Under the pieces are notes generated by a model. The model did no database searches. It worked only from the letters and a program-made list of their open reading frames with translations, and was not told the DNA's origin. Shown one piece after another: positions 1-9,020 of a DNA stretch of 64,000 nt (its first letter is position 1; each line of letters starts with the position of its first letter). This DNA comes from Magnetococcales bacterium (GTDB lineage: Bacteria; Pseudomonadota; Magnetococcia; Magnetococcales; JADFYX01): the NCBI GenBank assembly GCA_015232365.1, contig JADFZU010000003.1, positions 24,708-88,707 on the forward strand. The letters are read 5' to 3'. Both the position numbers and the translations under genes were made by a program.

Positions 1-1
1 T

Positions 2-1483
2 AATATCGATACATTAAAGCAGTTTACGGAGAACTACCCAGGTACTATAGGGGTGCAGAATTTCTCTGAACTACTTAACAATCCAAAAATTGACGCATTG
101 GTGATTGCAACACCTGCCGAGACCCACTTTGAGATGGTCAAGGATGCTATTTTAGCAGGAAAAGATGTATTTGTAGAGAAACCTCTTAGCCTATCCGAGC
201 AAGAGGGTGCTGAACTATCTGCCCTGGCATACAAAACCGGGCAGATTTTAATGGTCGGCCACCTATTATGGTATCACCCTGCAATAAAAGAGCTGAAAAG
301 AGTGATAGATAGCGGCCAGCTAGGACAACTGCAATATATCTACTCCAACCGCCTTAATTTAGGCAAGCTCCGCCGGGAAGAGAATGTATTATGGTCATTT
401 GCTCCTCATGATATTTCGGTCATTATCGGCTTGGCCAATGAAATGCCGGACTCTGTTATCACCAAGGGTGGAAACTACCTGCACCGGCATATTGCTGATA
501 CTACCGTTACCCAACTGGGTTTTCCAAGCGGCATAAATGCCCATATTTTTGTCTCTTGGCTTCACCCATTCAAAGAGCAAAAACTGGTGATTGTCGGTAG
601 TAAACAGATGGCTGTTTTTGATGATACCGTTCCATGGCAGGAGAAGCTCTGTCTGTTTCCCCACTCTATCGAGTGGAGTGAAAACATACCAGTAGCCAAC
701 AAAGCCGAAGGAATTTTTATCCCATTAAAAGAGGAAGAGCCGCTTAAAACAGAGTGTGAACATTTTTTAGAGGCGATAAAAACCCGCAGGCAACCTCTAA
801 CAAATGGTGATGAAGGAACTAGGGTATTGGCGGTTCTCAACGCTTGCCAAACCTCTATGCAACAAGGAAAGCAGGTCTCAATTGGCGGAGAAACAGACCA
901 ACCAAAAACGTACTTTGCCCATGAAACAGCAGTTATAGACAACAACGTAATAATCGGTAGTGAATGCAAGATCTGGCATTTCAGCCATCTACTATCCGAT
1001 GTAAAAATTGGCAAACAGTGCTCTATTGGTCAGAATGTAACTATTGGTCCAAACGTACAGATTGGCGACAACTGTAAAGTGCAGAACAATGTCTCAATCT
1101 ATAAGGGTGTCACCTTGGAAGATGATGTTTTTTGTGGGCCAAGCATGGTCTTCACCAATGTGGTGAACCCAAGGGCACACATATCACGGAAAGACCAGTT
1201 TATGCCTACCCTGGTCAAACAGGGCTGTACCATTGGTGCAAACGCCACTATTGTCTGTGGAGTAACTCTTGGGAGGTATAGCTTTATAGGTGCTGGCAGC
1301 GTCATCACCAAGGATGTGCCTGACCACGCTCTTATGGTAGGCAATCCTGCCCGGCAGACAGGATGGATGAGTAGCTACGGCGAGCGGCTTGACCTTCCTT
1401 TGTCTGGCAATAAGAAAGCTGTTTGCCCAGGCTCTGGCGAGAAATACCAACTCAAAAAACAGCGCCTGGTTATTATAGGATAA
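2..1483 (+). CDS. Fused sugar-nucleotide oxidoreductase (Gfo/Idh/MocA, WbpB-like) + hexapeptide-repeat N-acetyltransferase (WbpD-like); 5'-partial
   Basis: Frame 2 is open from nt 2 ([18 protein letters not shown] precedes the track's M at 53), so the gene begins upstream of the window. The N-part has the Gfo/Idh/MocA signature [32 protein letters not shown]. From about nt 920 the C-part is a left-handed beta-helix: [52 protein letters not shown]. Confidence 0.8.
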   Translation, partial: NIDTLKQFTENYPGTIGVQNFSELLNNPKIDALVIATPAETHFEMVKDAILAGKDVFVEKPLSLSEQEGAELSALAYKTGQILMVGHLLWYHPAIKELKRVIDSGQLGQLQYIYSNRLNLGKLRREENVLWSFAPHDISVIIGLANEMPDSVITKGGNYLHRHIADTTVTQLGFPSGINAHIFVSWLHPFKEQKLVIVGSKQMAVFDDTVPWQEKLCLFPHSIEWSENIPVANKAEGIFIPLKEEEPLKTECEHFLEAIKTRRQPLTNGDEGTRVLAVLNACQTSMQQGKQVSIGGETDQPKTYFAHETAVIDNNVIIGSECKIWHFSHLLSDVKIGKQCSIGQNVTIGPNVQIGDNCKVQNNVSIYKGVTLEDDVFCGPSMVFTNVVNPRAHISRKDQFMPTLVKQGCTIGANATIVCGVTLGRYSFIGAGSVITKDVPDHALMVGNPARQTGWMSSYGERLDLPLSGNKKAVCPGSGEKYQLKKQRLVIIG

Positions 1484-1496
1484 TTGGAGTGAATTT

Positions 1497-2603
1497 ATGA
1501 AGCTTGTCACCATTATCGGGGCAAGACCGCAGTTTATAAAAGCGGCAGCACTCTCAAGAGCGATTAAAACCCACAACAGAGACTCTTCATTGCAAAAGGT
1601 CGAAGAGATTATTATTCATAGCGGTCAACATCATGACCCCAATATGTCGGACATTTTTTTCTCCTCATTGGAGATCCCCCTACCCGACTACACTCTAGGA
1701 ATCCATAACCTGTCCCACGGTGCAATGACCGGTCAAATGCTGGAGAAAATTGAGCAAATTCTTCTCCATGAAGCCCCTGATGTAGTGTTGGTTTACGGGG
1801 ATACCAACACTACCCTGGCAGGAGCTTTAGCGGCTGCCAAACTGCATATTCCAGTTGCCCATGTAGAGGCTGGACTACGCTCATTTAACCGGGCCATGCC
1901 AGAAGAGATAAACCGTATCTTGACTGACCACATTGCTCAATGGCTATTCTGTCCAACTCAAGTTGCGGTCAAAAATCTACAGGCAGAAGGAGTAGATCAG
2001 CGTGCAGGGGTAGAGATTATCCATAACGGTGATGTTATGTTGGATACCATGCGCTACTTTATCAACAAAGCGTCAAGGATAACATTAGACAGGCGTAAAG
2101 GGAGTGTTGATGGCTATATTGTCTGCACCCTGCACCGTGCAGAACTTACTGACGACCTGGAGCGTTTAAGAGATGTTTTTACCAGTATAGTTTCTATCGC
2201 TAAAGAGCACCCGGTTTTTTTTCCCCTGCACCCAAGAACAAGAAAAGCCCTAGACAAAGCCGGTTGCACATTTGACCATCCAGGCCTGGAGATTATGGAG
2301 CCTGTTGGTTATCTAGAGATGATCGACCTTCTACACCATGCTGGCCTGGTAATAACAGATAGCGGAGGGTTGCAAAAAGAGGCATTTTTCTCTGGAACTC
2401 CCTGCCTGACAATTAGGGAAGAGACTGAGTGGACAGAACTGGTTGAAGCTGGGTTCAACCGTCTTGCAGGTTATGCTCCTGAAAGTATAGTGGCAGGAGC
2501 AAAAGCCATGGCGACTGTTACTGTTGATAACAGCTCCTTTATCTATGGCGATGGGACTGCAAGCCAGTCAATCATAGCAACATTGCTCCGACGAATTCAT
2601 TGA
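1497..2603 (+). CDS. wecB: UDP-N-acetylglucosamine 2-epimerase family, non-hydrolysing (WecB/WbpI type)
   Basis: MKLVTIIGARPQFIKAAALSRAI, HSGQHHDPNMSDIFF, VLVYGDTNTTLAGALAA and HVEAGLRSFN match the WecB/Epimerase_2 family. The ATG lies 13 nt after the upstream stop, with GGAG 7 nt upstream. Confidence 0.9.
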   Translation: MKLVTIIGARPQFIKAAALSRAIKTHNRDSSLQKVEEIIIHSGQHHDPNMSDIFFSSLEIPLPDYTLGIHNLSHGAMTGQMLEKIEQILLHEAPDVVLVYGDTNTTLAGALAAAKLHIPVAHVEAGLRSFNRAMPEEINRILTDHIAQWLFCPTQVAVKNLQAEGVDQRAGVEIIHNGDVMLDTMRYFINKASRITLDRRKGSVDGYIVCTLHRAELTDDLERLRDVFTSIVSIAKEHPVFFPLHPRTRKALDKAGCTFDHPGLEIMEPVGYLEMIDLLHHAGLVITDSGGLQKEAFFSGTPCLTIREETEWTELVEAGFNRLAGYAPESIVAGAKAMATVTVDNSSFIYGDGTASQSIIATLLRRIH

Positions 2604-2618
2604 TAAGGTAAAATAGGC

Positions 2619-2737
2619 ATGTGGGGATTTTCCGGCGAATAGATGCCAAAAGTTAAGAAGCTTCAACACTTGTAAACACCATTATGCAGAGCATTACCCA
2701 CCGTGGACATAACGGTTCAGGAATTGTCAACCCCTAG
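2619..2737 (+). pseudogene. Relic of the 5' end of an asparagine-synthase-type (AsnB/WbpS-like class II glutamine amidotransferase) gene
   Basis: The ATG at 2619 reads MWGFSGE-stop; compare the MCG(I/F)xG N-terminus, where catalytic Cys2 is Trp here. After a frame change, 2657-2737 reads EASTLVNTIMQSITHRGHNGSGIVNP-stop; compare the L..M...L.HRGPD..G motif. The ~27-codon spacing between the two motifs is what intact genes show. Nothing AsnB-like follows. Confidence 0.35.
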
Positions 2738-2799
2738 ATTCTGCAGTTGAAAGTGCGTTAATAGTGCAATATATTGTTTTTTCTGATTTACTTGGTGAA

Positions 2800-3972
2800 T
2801 CAAGAGGTTGTGCCAGTGATGTGCGAACAACTGCCTAACCCCGGTGAAACCAAGATATTTTTCAACGCTGTAATGACACGCTCCTGATCTATCTCTGTCA
2901 GACCAAGGCCGCTTGGTGGGTAGAAACCACGCCTAGCCAGTTTTTCAGCAACAGGGTAACTCTCTCCAGAAAACAGACCCATATCACGAAAAACAGGCTG
3001 CTCATGCATGGGCCAGAAGAATGGTCTTGCTCCAATGCCAGCCTCATGGAGCATAGCTATTGCTGTCTTAGCATCAAAGGGGATCTCGTCCTCTAAAACA
3101 ATACCGTAAACCCAGTATATATTTTCGGCAAAATCTGTTGCACTAGGCGGCAAAGAAATACCTGCAATATCCTTAAGCTCTGAAGTATAGCGACTACCCA
3201 TGGCTTTTTTCTTTTCAATAAAATGCTCTAACTGCTCTACCTGAGCCAGGCCCACTGCTGCCTGAAGATTAGAAATACGCATATTCCACCCCAATCTATG
3301 ATGGACAAATCGAGGATTTTCAAAACAGAGATTTCGCAGTCCACGGCAAATTTCATCTAGTTTGATATCATTGGTGGTTACCATCCCCCCTTCACCAGTA
3401 GTGACATGTTTATTTGCATAAAAGCTGTAGGTACTGATATGACCAAAACTTCCGCAAGGGCGGCCTTTATACGATTGACCAATACATTCGGCATTATCCT
3501 CAACAATATACAAACCATGCTTTTCAGCCAAATTTATAATCGGATCCATATCGACTGGCAGGCCATAGATATGCACCGGCATTATCGCTTTGGTGCGAGG
3601 GGTAATCTTTGCTGCTACCTGATCAGTCTGCATATTCCAGGTAACCGGGTCACTATCTACCAGAACAGGTGTTGCACCAGCATTTATAACAGCTTGAGCA
3701 CATGAGATAATGGTAAAAGTTGGAAGAATGACCTCATCACCAGGACCAATTCCCAGTGCTGCAATAGCCAACTCCAACGCATCGGTTCCATTTGATACAG
3801 CTATACCATAGCGGTTTCCCATTAATTCAGAAAACTCCATTTCAAACCGTTTTACGAAAGAGCCTTCTGAGGAGATCCATCCGGTATCGATACACTCATT
3901 GAGATAGCGTCGTTCATTCCCACCTAGGAGTGGTAGATTAACCGGAATAAAGGGATGGGGTTTGCTGGGCAT
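2800..3972 (-). CDS. DegT/DnrJ/EryC1/StrS-family PLP-dependent sugar aminotransferase (WbpE/ArnB-like)
   Basis: VSNGTDALELAIAALGIGPGDEVILPTFT, and the PLP-lysine region YSFYANKHVTTGEGGM. The ATG at 3972 is preceded by GAGG with a 5-nt spacer. I prefer it to the TTG at 3990 used by the ORF track. Confidence 0.85.
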   Translation of the reverse strand: MPSKPHPFIPVNLPLLGGNERRYLNECIDTGWISSEGSFVKRFEMEFSELMGNRYGIAVSNGTDALELAIAALGIGPGDEVILPTFTIISCAQAVINAGATPVLVDSDPVTWNMQTDQVAAKITPRTKAIMPVHIYGLPVDMDPIINLAEKHGLYIVEDNAECIGQSYKGRPCGSFGHISTYSFYANKHVTTGEGGMVTTNDIKLDEICRGLRNLCFENPRFVHHRLGWNMRISNLQAAVGLAQVEQLEHFIEKKKAMGSRYTSELKDIAGISLPPSATDFAENIYWVYGIVLEDEIPFDAKTAIAMLHEAGIGARPFFWPMHEQPVFRDMGLFSGESYPVAEKLARRGFYPPSGLGLTEIDQERVITALKNILVSPGLGSCSHITGTTS

Positions 3973-4017
3973 GTCAACCTCATTATGCAAGAAATATAAA
4001 CGCCGGGAAAACTGTAT

Positions 4018-4770
4018 TTATTTTTTCTTTCTGGCGACGGCAAAAACAGATAGACCAAATGGCAGAGGAGAGAAATTCATAAACCAATGTTCCAAACTCA
4101 GTATATTTTTAAAAAGAGTATTTATCCAAGGGTGGACCGGGGAAATATCGGTTACATCAGGAGTATGAGGCAAACGGTTTTTAATCATTCTTATTAAAAA
4201 TGCTGGAAAAAAAATAAGAAAATTTGCATACCCACACTGCTCGACTTGGAAGCCTGCCCGCAGGAGTTTATCTTTCAACTCCTGCCTCTCATAACGCCGC
4301 AAGCCATGGGCTGCCCGGTCATGATGCCCGAAAAGAAACTGGAAGGCTGAATCTGTAATTATCAAAGCCCCTCCATTTCGGAGAGCTTGGTATACCTGGG
4401 CTATAACCTGTTCATCACTGGCTATCCCTCGGTGATATAGAACGTCTAAAAGACATATAACATCAAACTCTTCACCTGAAAATGGTAGAGCCTCTGCTGA
4501 AGCCTGAACTAGAGCATTCAACCCTCTTTTTCTACAAAAGATCAGTGCATCCGAGCTAAAATCGCACCCCACTACCTCACCATATTGGGATAGCTCCTGA
4601 ATATTCCTTCCTGTACCACATCCAACGTCAAGTATACGAAGCTTGTTAGCGACAACTTTATCAACTATCTTATGACGCTTCAAAAGCATATGAACCATAT
4701 GCCGCTTTCCTGCAAACCACCAGTGTTCCGACTCCTGATTATACATGGTCTGGTATTCAACTGGTTTCAT
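4018..4770 (-). CDS. Class I SAM-dependent methyltransferase
   Basis: Motif I ILDVGCGTGRN, a downstream acidic loop VVGCDFS, and DVICLLDVLYH. ATG with GGAG 5 nt upstream. Confidence 0.75.
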   Translation of the reverse strand: MKPVEYQTMYNQESEHWWFAGKRHMVHMLLKRHKIVDKVVANKLRILDVGCGTGRNIQELSQYGEVVGCDFSSDALIFCRKRGLNALVQASAEALPFSGEEFDVICLLDVLYHRGIASDEQVIAQVYQALRNGGALIITDSAFQFLFGHHDRAAHGLRRYERQELKDKLLRAGFQVEQCGYANFLIFFPAFLIRMIKNRLPHTPDVTDISPVHPWINTLFKNILSLEHWFMNFSPLPFGLSVFAVARKKK

Positions 4771-4792
4771 ATCTTCTCCGAAAAGATCTTAC

Positions 4793-5176
4793 TTAATTTG
4801 GGTCTATAAGTGGTGATTCCAAGCGAAAAGTATCCTTCTCATAATCCATGCCTCCACGTGGACCTCGAGTAAGTACAAGAAAGATTGAATCCTCTAGAGC
4901 TTCAAGAGCATGGCTTTCATGATGATCGGTTTTGATCAACTGCCCAGGCTCTAAAATATTAACTTCGACAGGTTCGCCTGGTATCTGAGTTAAAGATTTT
5001 AGTCTACCGCTCTGAAGAAAAACCCACTGCACAGTATCCTTGTGATAATGGTTCCCTCTTACAACCCCTTTTTTTGATTCAATTATGGTTACGGCATCCA
5101 ATGCTTCGTTGTACAGGATATCCTTGATGGCTCCTCTGCTATCTTCATGGGCGATTTTTGGTTCAGTCAGCAGCAT
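4793..5176 (-). CDS. Small cupin-fold protein (sugar-nucleotide isomerase/epimerase-like, WxcM/FdtA-type)
   Basis: 127 aa. HEDSRGAIKDIL followed by VVRGNHYHKDTVQWVFLQSGRL is the cupin His cluster pattern seen in FdtA/WxcM-type enzymes. Context is a sugar cluster. GAGGAA Shine-Dalgarno (SD) sequence. Confidence 0.5.
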   Translation of the reverse strand: MLLTEPKIAHEDSRGAIKDILYNEALDAVTIIESKKGVVRGNHYHKDTVQWVFLQSGRLKSLTQIPGEPVEVNILEPGQLIKTDHHESHALEALEDSIFLVLTRGPRGGMDYEKDTFRLESPLIDPN

Positions 5177-5212
5177 GAATCATTTCCTCTAGGTTTTAAA
5201 ATTAAGAAGGAG

Positions 5213-6499
5213 TTAGATGATTGTAGGCACAGGTATTGGAATAATAAACTTGCCACCTCTCTCCCGAAACTCTTTCTGATTTTTGATTATCTCATCCTTA
5301 AAGTTCCAGGCAAGTAAAAGAGCATAATCTATATTTTCTGTGACAAGAGCTGAATCTGGCAAGATTGGAATAGCACTTCCTGGTGAGTAACGACCGATCT
5401 TGAGATGAGTCTTCTCTGTTATAAATTCCAAAGTTTCACGGCCAATATTGCAATAGTTTAGCAGAGTCATTCCTTTAGCAGGTGCACTGACTCCAGCAAT
5501 TTTTTTACCGTCATGCCTAAGAGCTTCCAAAAGATATCTCAGTTTGCTGCGATGCTCTGCAACACCCTTTGCAAATTTGTTAAGAACATCCAGATCATGG
5601 AGGCCATCTGCCTGCTCTTTGGCATGTAGTTCCAACACGGCATTTGATACCGGATATTTACCTTTGTGACAGATAAAAAGCCGGAAGGAGCCTCCGTGAA
5701 TATCTACCTGCTGAACATCAAATAGCTCCATGCCCATTTTTGAAAAAAATGGAATAAGTGGCATAATGGAAAGATATGAGAGATGTTCATGATAGATGGT
5801 GTCATACTCTAATGCCTTGATAAGGTTGGCTAGATATGGGGCCTCAACTACAAAAACTCCATCCTTATCTAAAAGGGTTATGATACTATCCATAAAAAGG
5901 TCAAGGCGGTCAACGTGGGCAAAAACATTGCTGGCAGTTATCACCATAGCCTGACCCCTATCACGAACAACCCGACGGGCAAGATCTGCATTAAAAAAAT
6001 CTGTTTCTGTTGGAATGCCATTTTTATTTGCAATTTCAGCAATATTCTCGGCAGGATCTACACCTAGAACTTGCATTCCTTGCTGTTTAAAACCATTGAG
6101 AAGAACACCAACATTACTACCAATATCAATTACCAACTTGCCTTTTTCAATTGAGAACCTCTCAACGATTGATTTTGCAAAATTGCTGAAATGAGTCCGC
6201 CCTGTCTGGGTTGTAGATGATTCGTAAGGGTAATCTTCCTGGTATAAAATTTTAGGGTCTACAGCATGGTCTAGCTGACAGAAAAAACATGAGTTACAAC
6301 GCACTACACGTAGTGGATAAGTAATTTCCGGTTCAATCAACTGCTCTACTCTCATAAACCGGTCGGCTAAAGCCGTATGGCCTAAATCTAGAAACAGTGT
6401 TAGATCATTACTTTTGCATAACCGGCAAGAAATTGAATTTAGCTCGGTATATTTTATCGTAGAGTTGGCCGGTTGTGATGGATCTTTTAGATTATTCAT
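5213..6499 (-). CDS. Zinc-ribbon SAM-dependent C-methyltransferase (NDP-hexose C-methyltransferase, TylCIII-like architecture)
   Basis: N-terminal Cys4 pattern CRLCKSN...CNSCFFCQ, a class I SAM fold VIDIGSNVGVLL, and a long C-terminal domain as in sugar C-methyltransferases. Confidence 0.7.
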   Translation of the reverse strand: MNNLKDPSQPANSTIKYTELNSISCRLCKSNDLTLFLDLGHTALADRFMRVEQLIEPEITYPLRVVRCNSCFFCQLDHAVDPKILYQEDYPYESSTTQTGRTHFSNFAKSIVERFSIEKGKLVIDIGSNVGVLLNGFKQQGMQVLGVDPAENIAEIANKNGIPTETDFFNADLARRVVRDRGQAMVITASNVFAHVDRLDLFMDSIITLLDKDGVFVVEAPYLANLIKALEYDTIYHEHLSYLSIMPLIPFFSKMGMELFDVQQVDIHGGSFRLFICHKGKYPVSNAVLELHAKEQADGLHDLDVLNKFAKGVAEHRSKLRYLLEALRHDGKKIAGVSAPAKGMTLLNYCNIGRETLEFITEKTHLKIGRYSPGSAIPILPDSALVTENIDYALLLAWNFKDEIIKNQKEFRERGGKFIIPIPVPTII

Positions 6500-6546
6500 T
6501 TTGCTTCCAACTCCGCTGTTGGATCAATAGATTGTACTTTGTTCCT

Positions 6547-7341
6547 TTATGAAGTCACAGACTTCTGCTGTAACTTCTCATATTTTTTTAGACGTCGCAC
6601 TGCCTTATAACAATGAAAAATGATAGGAAATAGATCAAAAAACCCTGAAGATGTCTTCGATTCACCCTCTTTCCTAACTAAAACAGTCATGGGAACCTCT
6701 GAAATTCTGTAGCCGTGAATATTTACCTTATGGAGAAAGGTGATACAGTAATCCAAATAGTGTCCCTCCAAACCGATATGTTCTAAAACAGGCTTGCGAA
6801 CCGCGTAAAACCCGCTGGTATAGTCAAAAAACCGCTTATCAAGAACAAAGCGCATTACTGCATTTCCCAAGATCGAGATAAGTACCGCTGAGAATGAGTC
6901 CTGAGACTTTCTTATATTACCCAAAAATTGAAATAAATTCCAAGGACTATCACCTGCTCCCTTTCCAACCCCGCCTTCAACATAACGAGAGCCAAATGCC
7001 AGATCTGCACCATCCTTGATTTTTGCAACAAGAATAGGAACTACATTTGGTTGCATAGATTGGTCTGCATCCATCCAGACGATAATATTACCGTTGGCAG
7101 CCTGAATGCCATCACGAATTGCTGGAATCAAACCCCGGTTATTATGCCGTGTAATAAGCCGTACTTTGTCACAATCTTTCGATATCTTCTCAACAATTGC
7201 AGATGTGCCGTCTGGTGAGTTGTCATCCATAACCAGAATTTCCATATCCCAATCCAACATTGAATCCAGGAGGCCATCTATAAGAGGGCTGATATTGCCA
7301 GCTTCATTGTAAGTAGGCAAAATGATTGTTATTTCAGGCAT
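6547..7341 (-). CDS. Family 2 glycosyltransferase of the polyprenyl-phosphate sugar synthase type (DPM1/ArnC-like)
   Basis: ITIILPTYNEAGNI, ILVMDDNSPDGT and VWMDADQS (DxD region), with a C-terminal amphipathic/hydrophobic tail. Confidence 0.8.
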   Translation of the reverse strand: MPEITIILPTYNEAGNISPLIDGLLDSMLDWDMEILVMDDNSPDGTSAIVEKISKDCDKVRLITRHNNRGLIPAIRDGIQAANGNIIVWMDADQSMQPNVVPILVAKIKDGADLAFGSRYVEGGVGKGAGDSPWNLFQFLGNIRKSQDSFSAVLISILGNAVMRFVLDKRFFDYTSGFYAVRKPVLEHIGLEGHYLDYCITFLHKVNIHGYRISEVPMTVLVRKEGESKTSSGFFDLFPIIFHCYKAVRRLKKYEKLQQKSVTS

Positions 7342-7355
7342 CTTTATATTTACTC

Positions 7356-7390
7356 ATGGAGCATGTAACCAACTTATGGAGCATGTAACC
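7356..7390. repeat. Two perfect 15-bp direct repeats ATGGAGCATGTAACC spaced exactly 20 bp start-to-start, 15-49 nt upstream of the GT2 start codon
   Basis: Read directly: copies at 7356-7370 and 7376-7390. They lie in the 149-bp gap between the radical SAM and GT2 genes. Confidence 0.9.
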
Positions 7391-7490
7391 GTTTTGAGGC
7401 TTATGATCACAAAGAGACTGTTGACATTAAAAAAGTAGTATACTTGTTACCATCTGCAGCCGGCACATTAACAGTAATAGATACAATCTT

Positions 7491-8954
7491 CTACCCCAAA
7501 ATTTGCAACACCCCTTTGGCTTTGGCTTTAAATTCATATAAAGAGCGAGTATTAAAAATACTACGCAGAATATATTTGGGACGCAGATAGAATTTCATGT
7601 ATGCTTTTTTCTGTATTTTGACTTGATCCTCAATAGAGACAAACTCCTCCCAATGATCAACGGTAAAACCCGGTTTCGGGTCTAGAGCAAAGGCATTCCA
7701 CCTATCTCCATCGATCAAACCCTGTTCATCAGCCTGATGGAATAGAGGAGTATTTGGGTAAAGGTTGAGGACTGATATCTGAGCATAATCTGGATCAATT
7801 TTATTCATAAAGGCCAAATTATTCTCCATATCCTCCTGGCTTTTCTCAAAAGGCAGCCCAATCATGAAATCAGCAATAGTTCTAATATTCAGTTCACGAC
7901 ACCACTTAAAAACATTTTCAACCTGTGCAATGGTTGCTCCTTTTTTCAACGCTTTCAGGCCCTCATCTGTCCCGGTTTCAACCCCAAATGAGATCATTCG
8001 ACATCCGGCATTTTTGGCACGAACCAGAGACTCTCTGGTAACATTATTAACCCGCCCACGGAAATCCCAATGAATAGATAGCCCACGACGCTCTACCTCA
8101 TCACAAAACTCAATGACCTTTTTAGAGGTTATATTGAACAGATCATCATAAAAATGAAATTCGCTATAGCCCATAGCCAAGCACTCTTCAACCTCATCGA
8201 GTACTAGCCCAACAGCCCGTGGTCGATACCTCTTATAAGGTACATCACAAAAAGTACACTTATAAGGACAGCCGCGACTACTGATTATTGTCGCTAAATC
8301 ACCTGTCATACCAACCGTACTGTGGTATTTTATATGTCGTATGTAAGAACGATTTGGAGCTGGCAGGGTATCGATATCGTCGATATAACCAGGCGGGACC
8401 ATCACATTTCCTAAAAACCGTTTATCGTTATAGCTATTTTTTTGCCAGGATTTAATGGACTCCCTGGTATAGACTCCAAGAATTTCTGTAATTTCCCTGT
8501 TTTGCTCCAATGCATTCACCAACTGTGTAAAAGCCACCTCTCCCTCGCCAACAACAATAGAGTCAAACTCAACCAACTGAACCGCTTCAAATGGAAAGGC
8601 AATGGGGTGATGGCCTCCCATGCAGATGTGGGCATCAGGAACTATCTCTCTGGCGGTCTTTGCCACCTGATGAACGTCTATCAGGGAGATTGTAAAACTA
8701 GTAACACCTATAATATCTGGCTCTATTTCCTGAATGATTTTTTTCAATCCTAGATGGGATATTTTTTCGCCAACGCAATCTTTGAAGAAAAGCTGATGAC
8801 CGTTGGTATTCTCCTCCAAATAGGTAAGAACATATAGCGGGCCAAGTGGAGGAAAGGCTCCAAAGTCATCAGTCTCAAGATAGGCCTCCCCATCTTCATT
8901 TGGATATTCCAACACGACATTTTCACTTGGAGGGTTTATTAATAATATTTTCAT
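7491..8954 (-). CDS. B12-binding-domain radical SAM enzyme (class B radical SAM, probable methylase)
   Basis: N-terminal cobalamin-binding-like domain (IIGVTSFTISLIDVHQVAK...ICMGGHHP). Radical SAM cluster motif SSRGCPYKCTFCDV (CxxxCxxC). Confidence 0.85.
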   Translation of the reverse strand: MKILLINPPSENVVLEYPNEDGEAYLETDDFGAFPPLGPLYVLTYLEENTNGHQLFFKDCVGEKISHLGLKKIIQEIEPDIIGVTSFTISLIDVHQVAKTAREIVPDAHICMGGHHPIAFPFEAVQLVEFDSIVVGEGEVAFTQLVNALEQNREITEILGVYTRESIKSWQKNSYNDKRFLGNVMVPPGYIDDIDTLPAPNRSYIRHIKYHSTVGMTGDLATIISSRGCPYKCTFCDVPYKRYRPRAVGLVLDEVEECLAMGYSEFHFYDDLFNITSKKVIEFCDEVERRGLSIHWDFRGRVNNVTRESLVRAKNAGCRMISFGVETGTDEGLKALKKGATIAQVENVFKWCRELNIRTIADFMIGLPFEKSQEDMENNLAFMNKIDPDYAQISVLNLYPNTPLFHQADEQGLIDGDRWNAFALDPKPGFTVDHWEEFVSIEDQVKIQKKAYMKFYLRPKYILRSIFNTRSLYEFKAKAKGVLQILG

Positions 8955-9020
8955 AATTTAACAATGAGAGCTAAAAAGTTTTATTTGTTGCATACACCAG
9001 AGAACCACCAACCCAGCATA

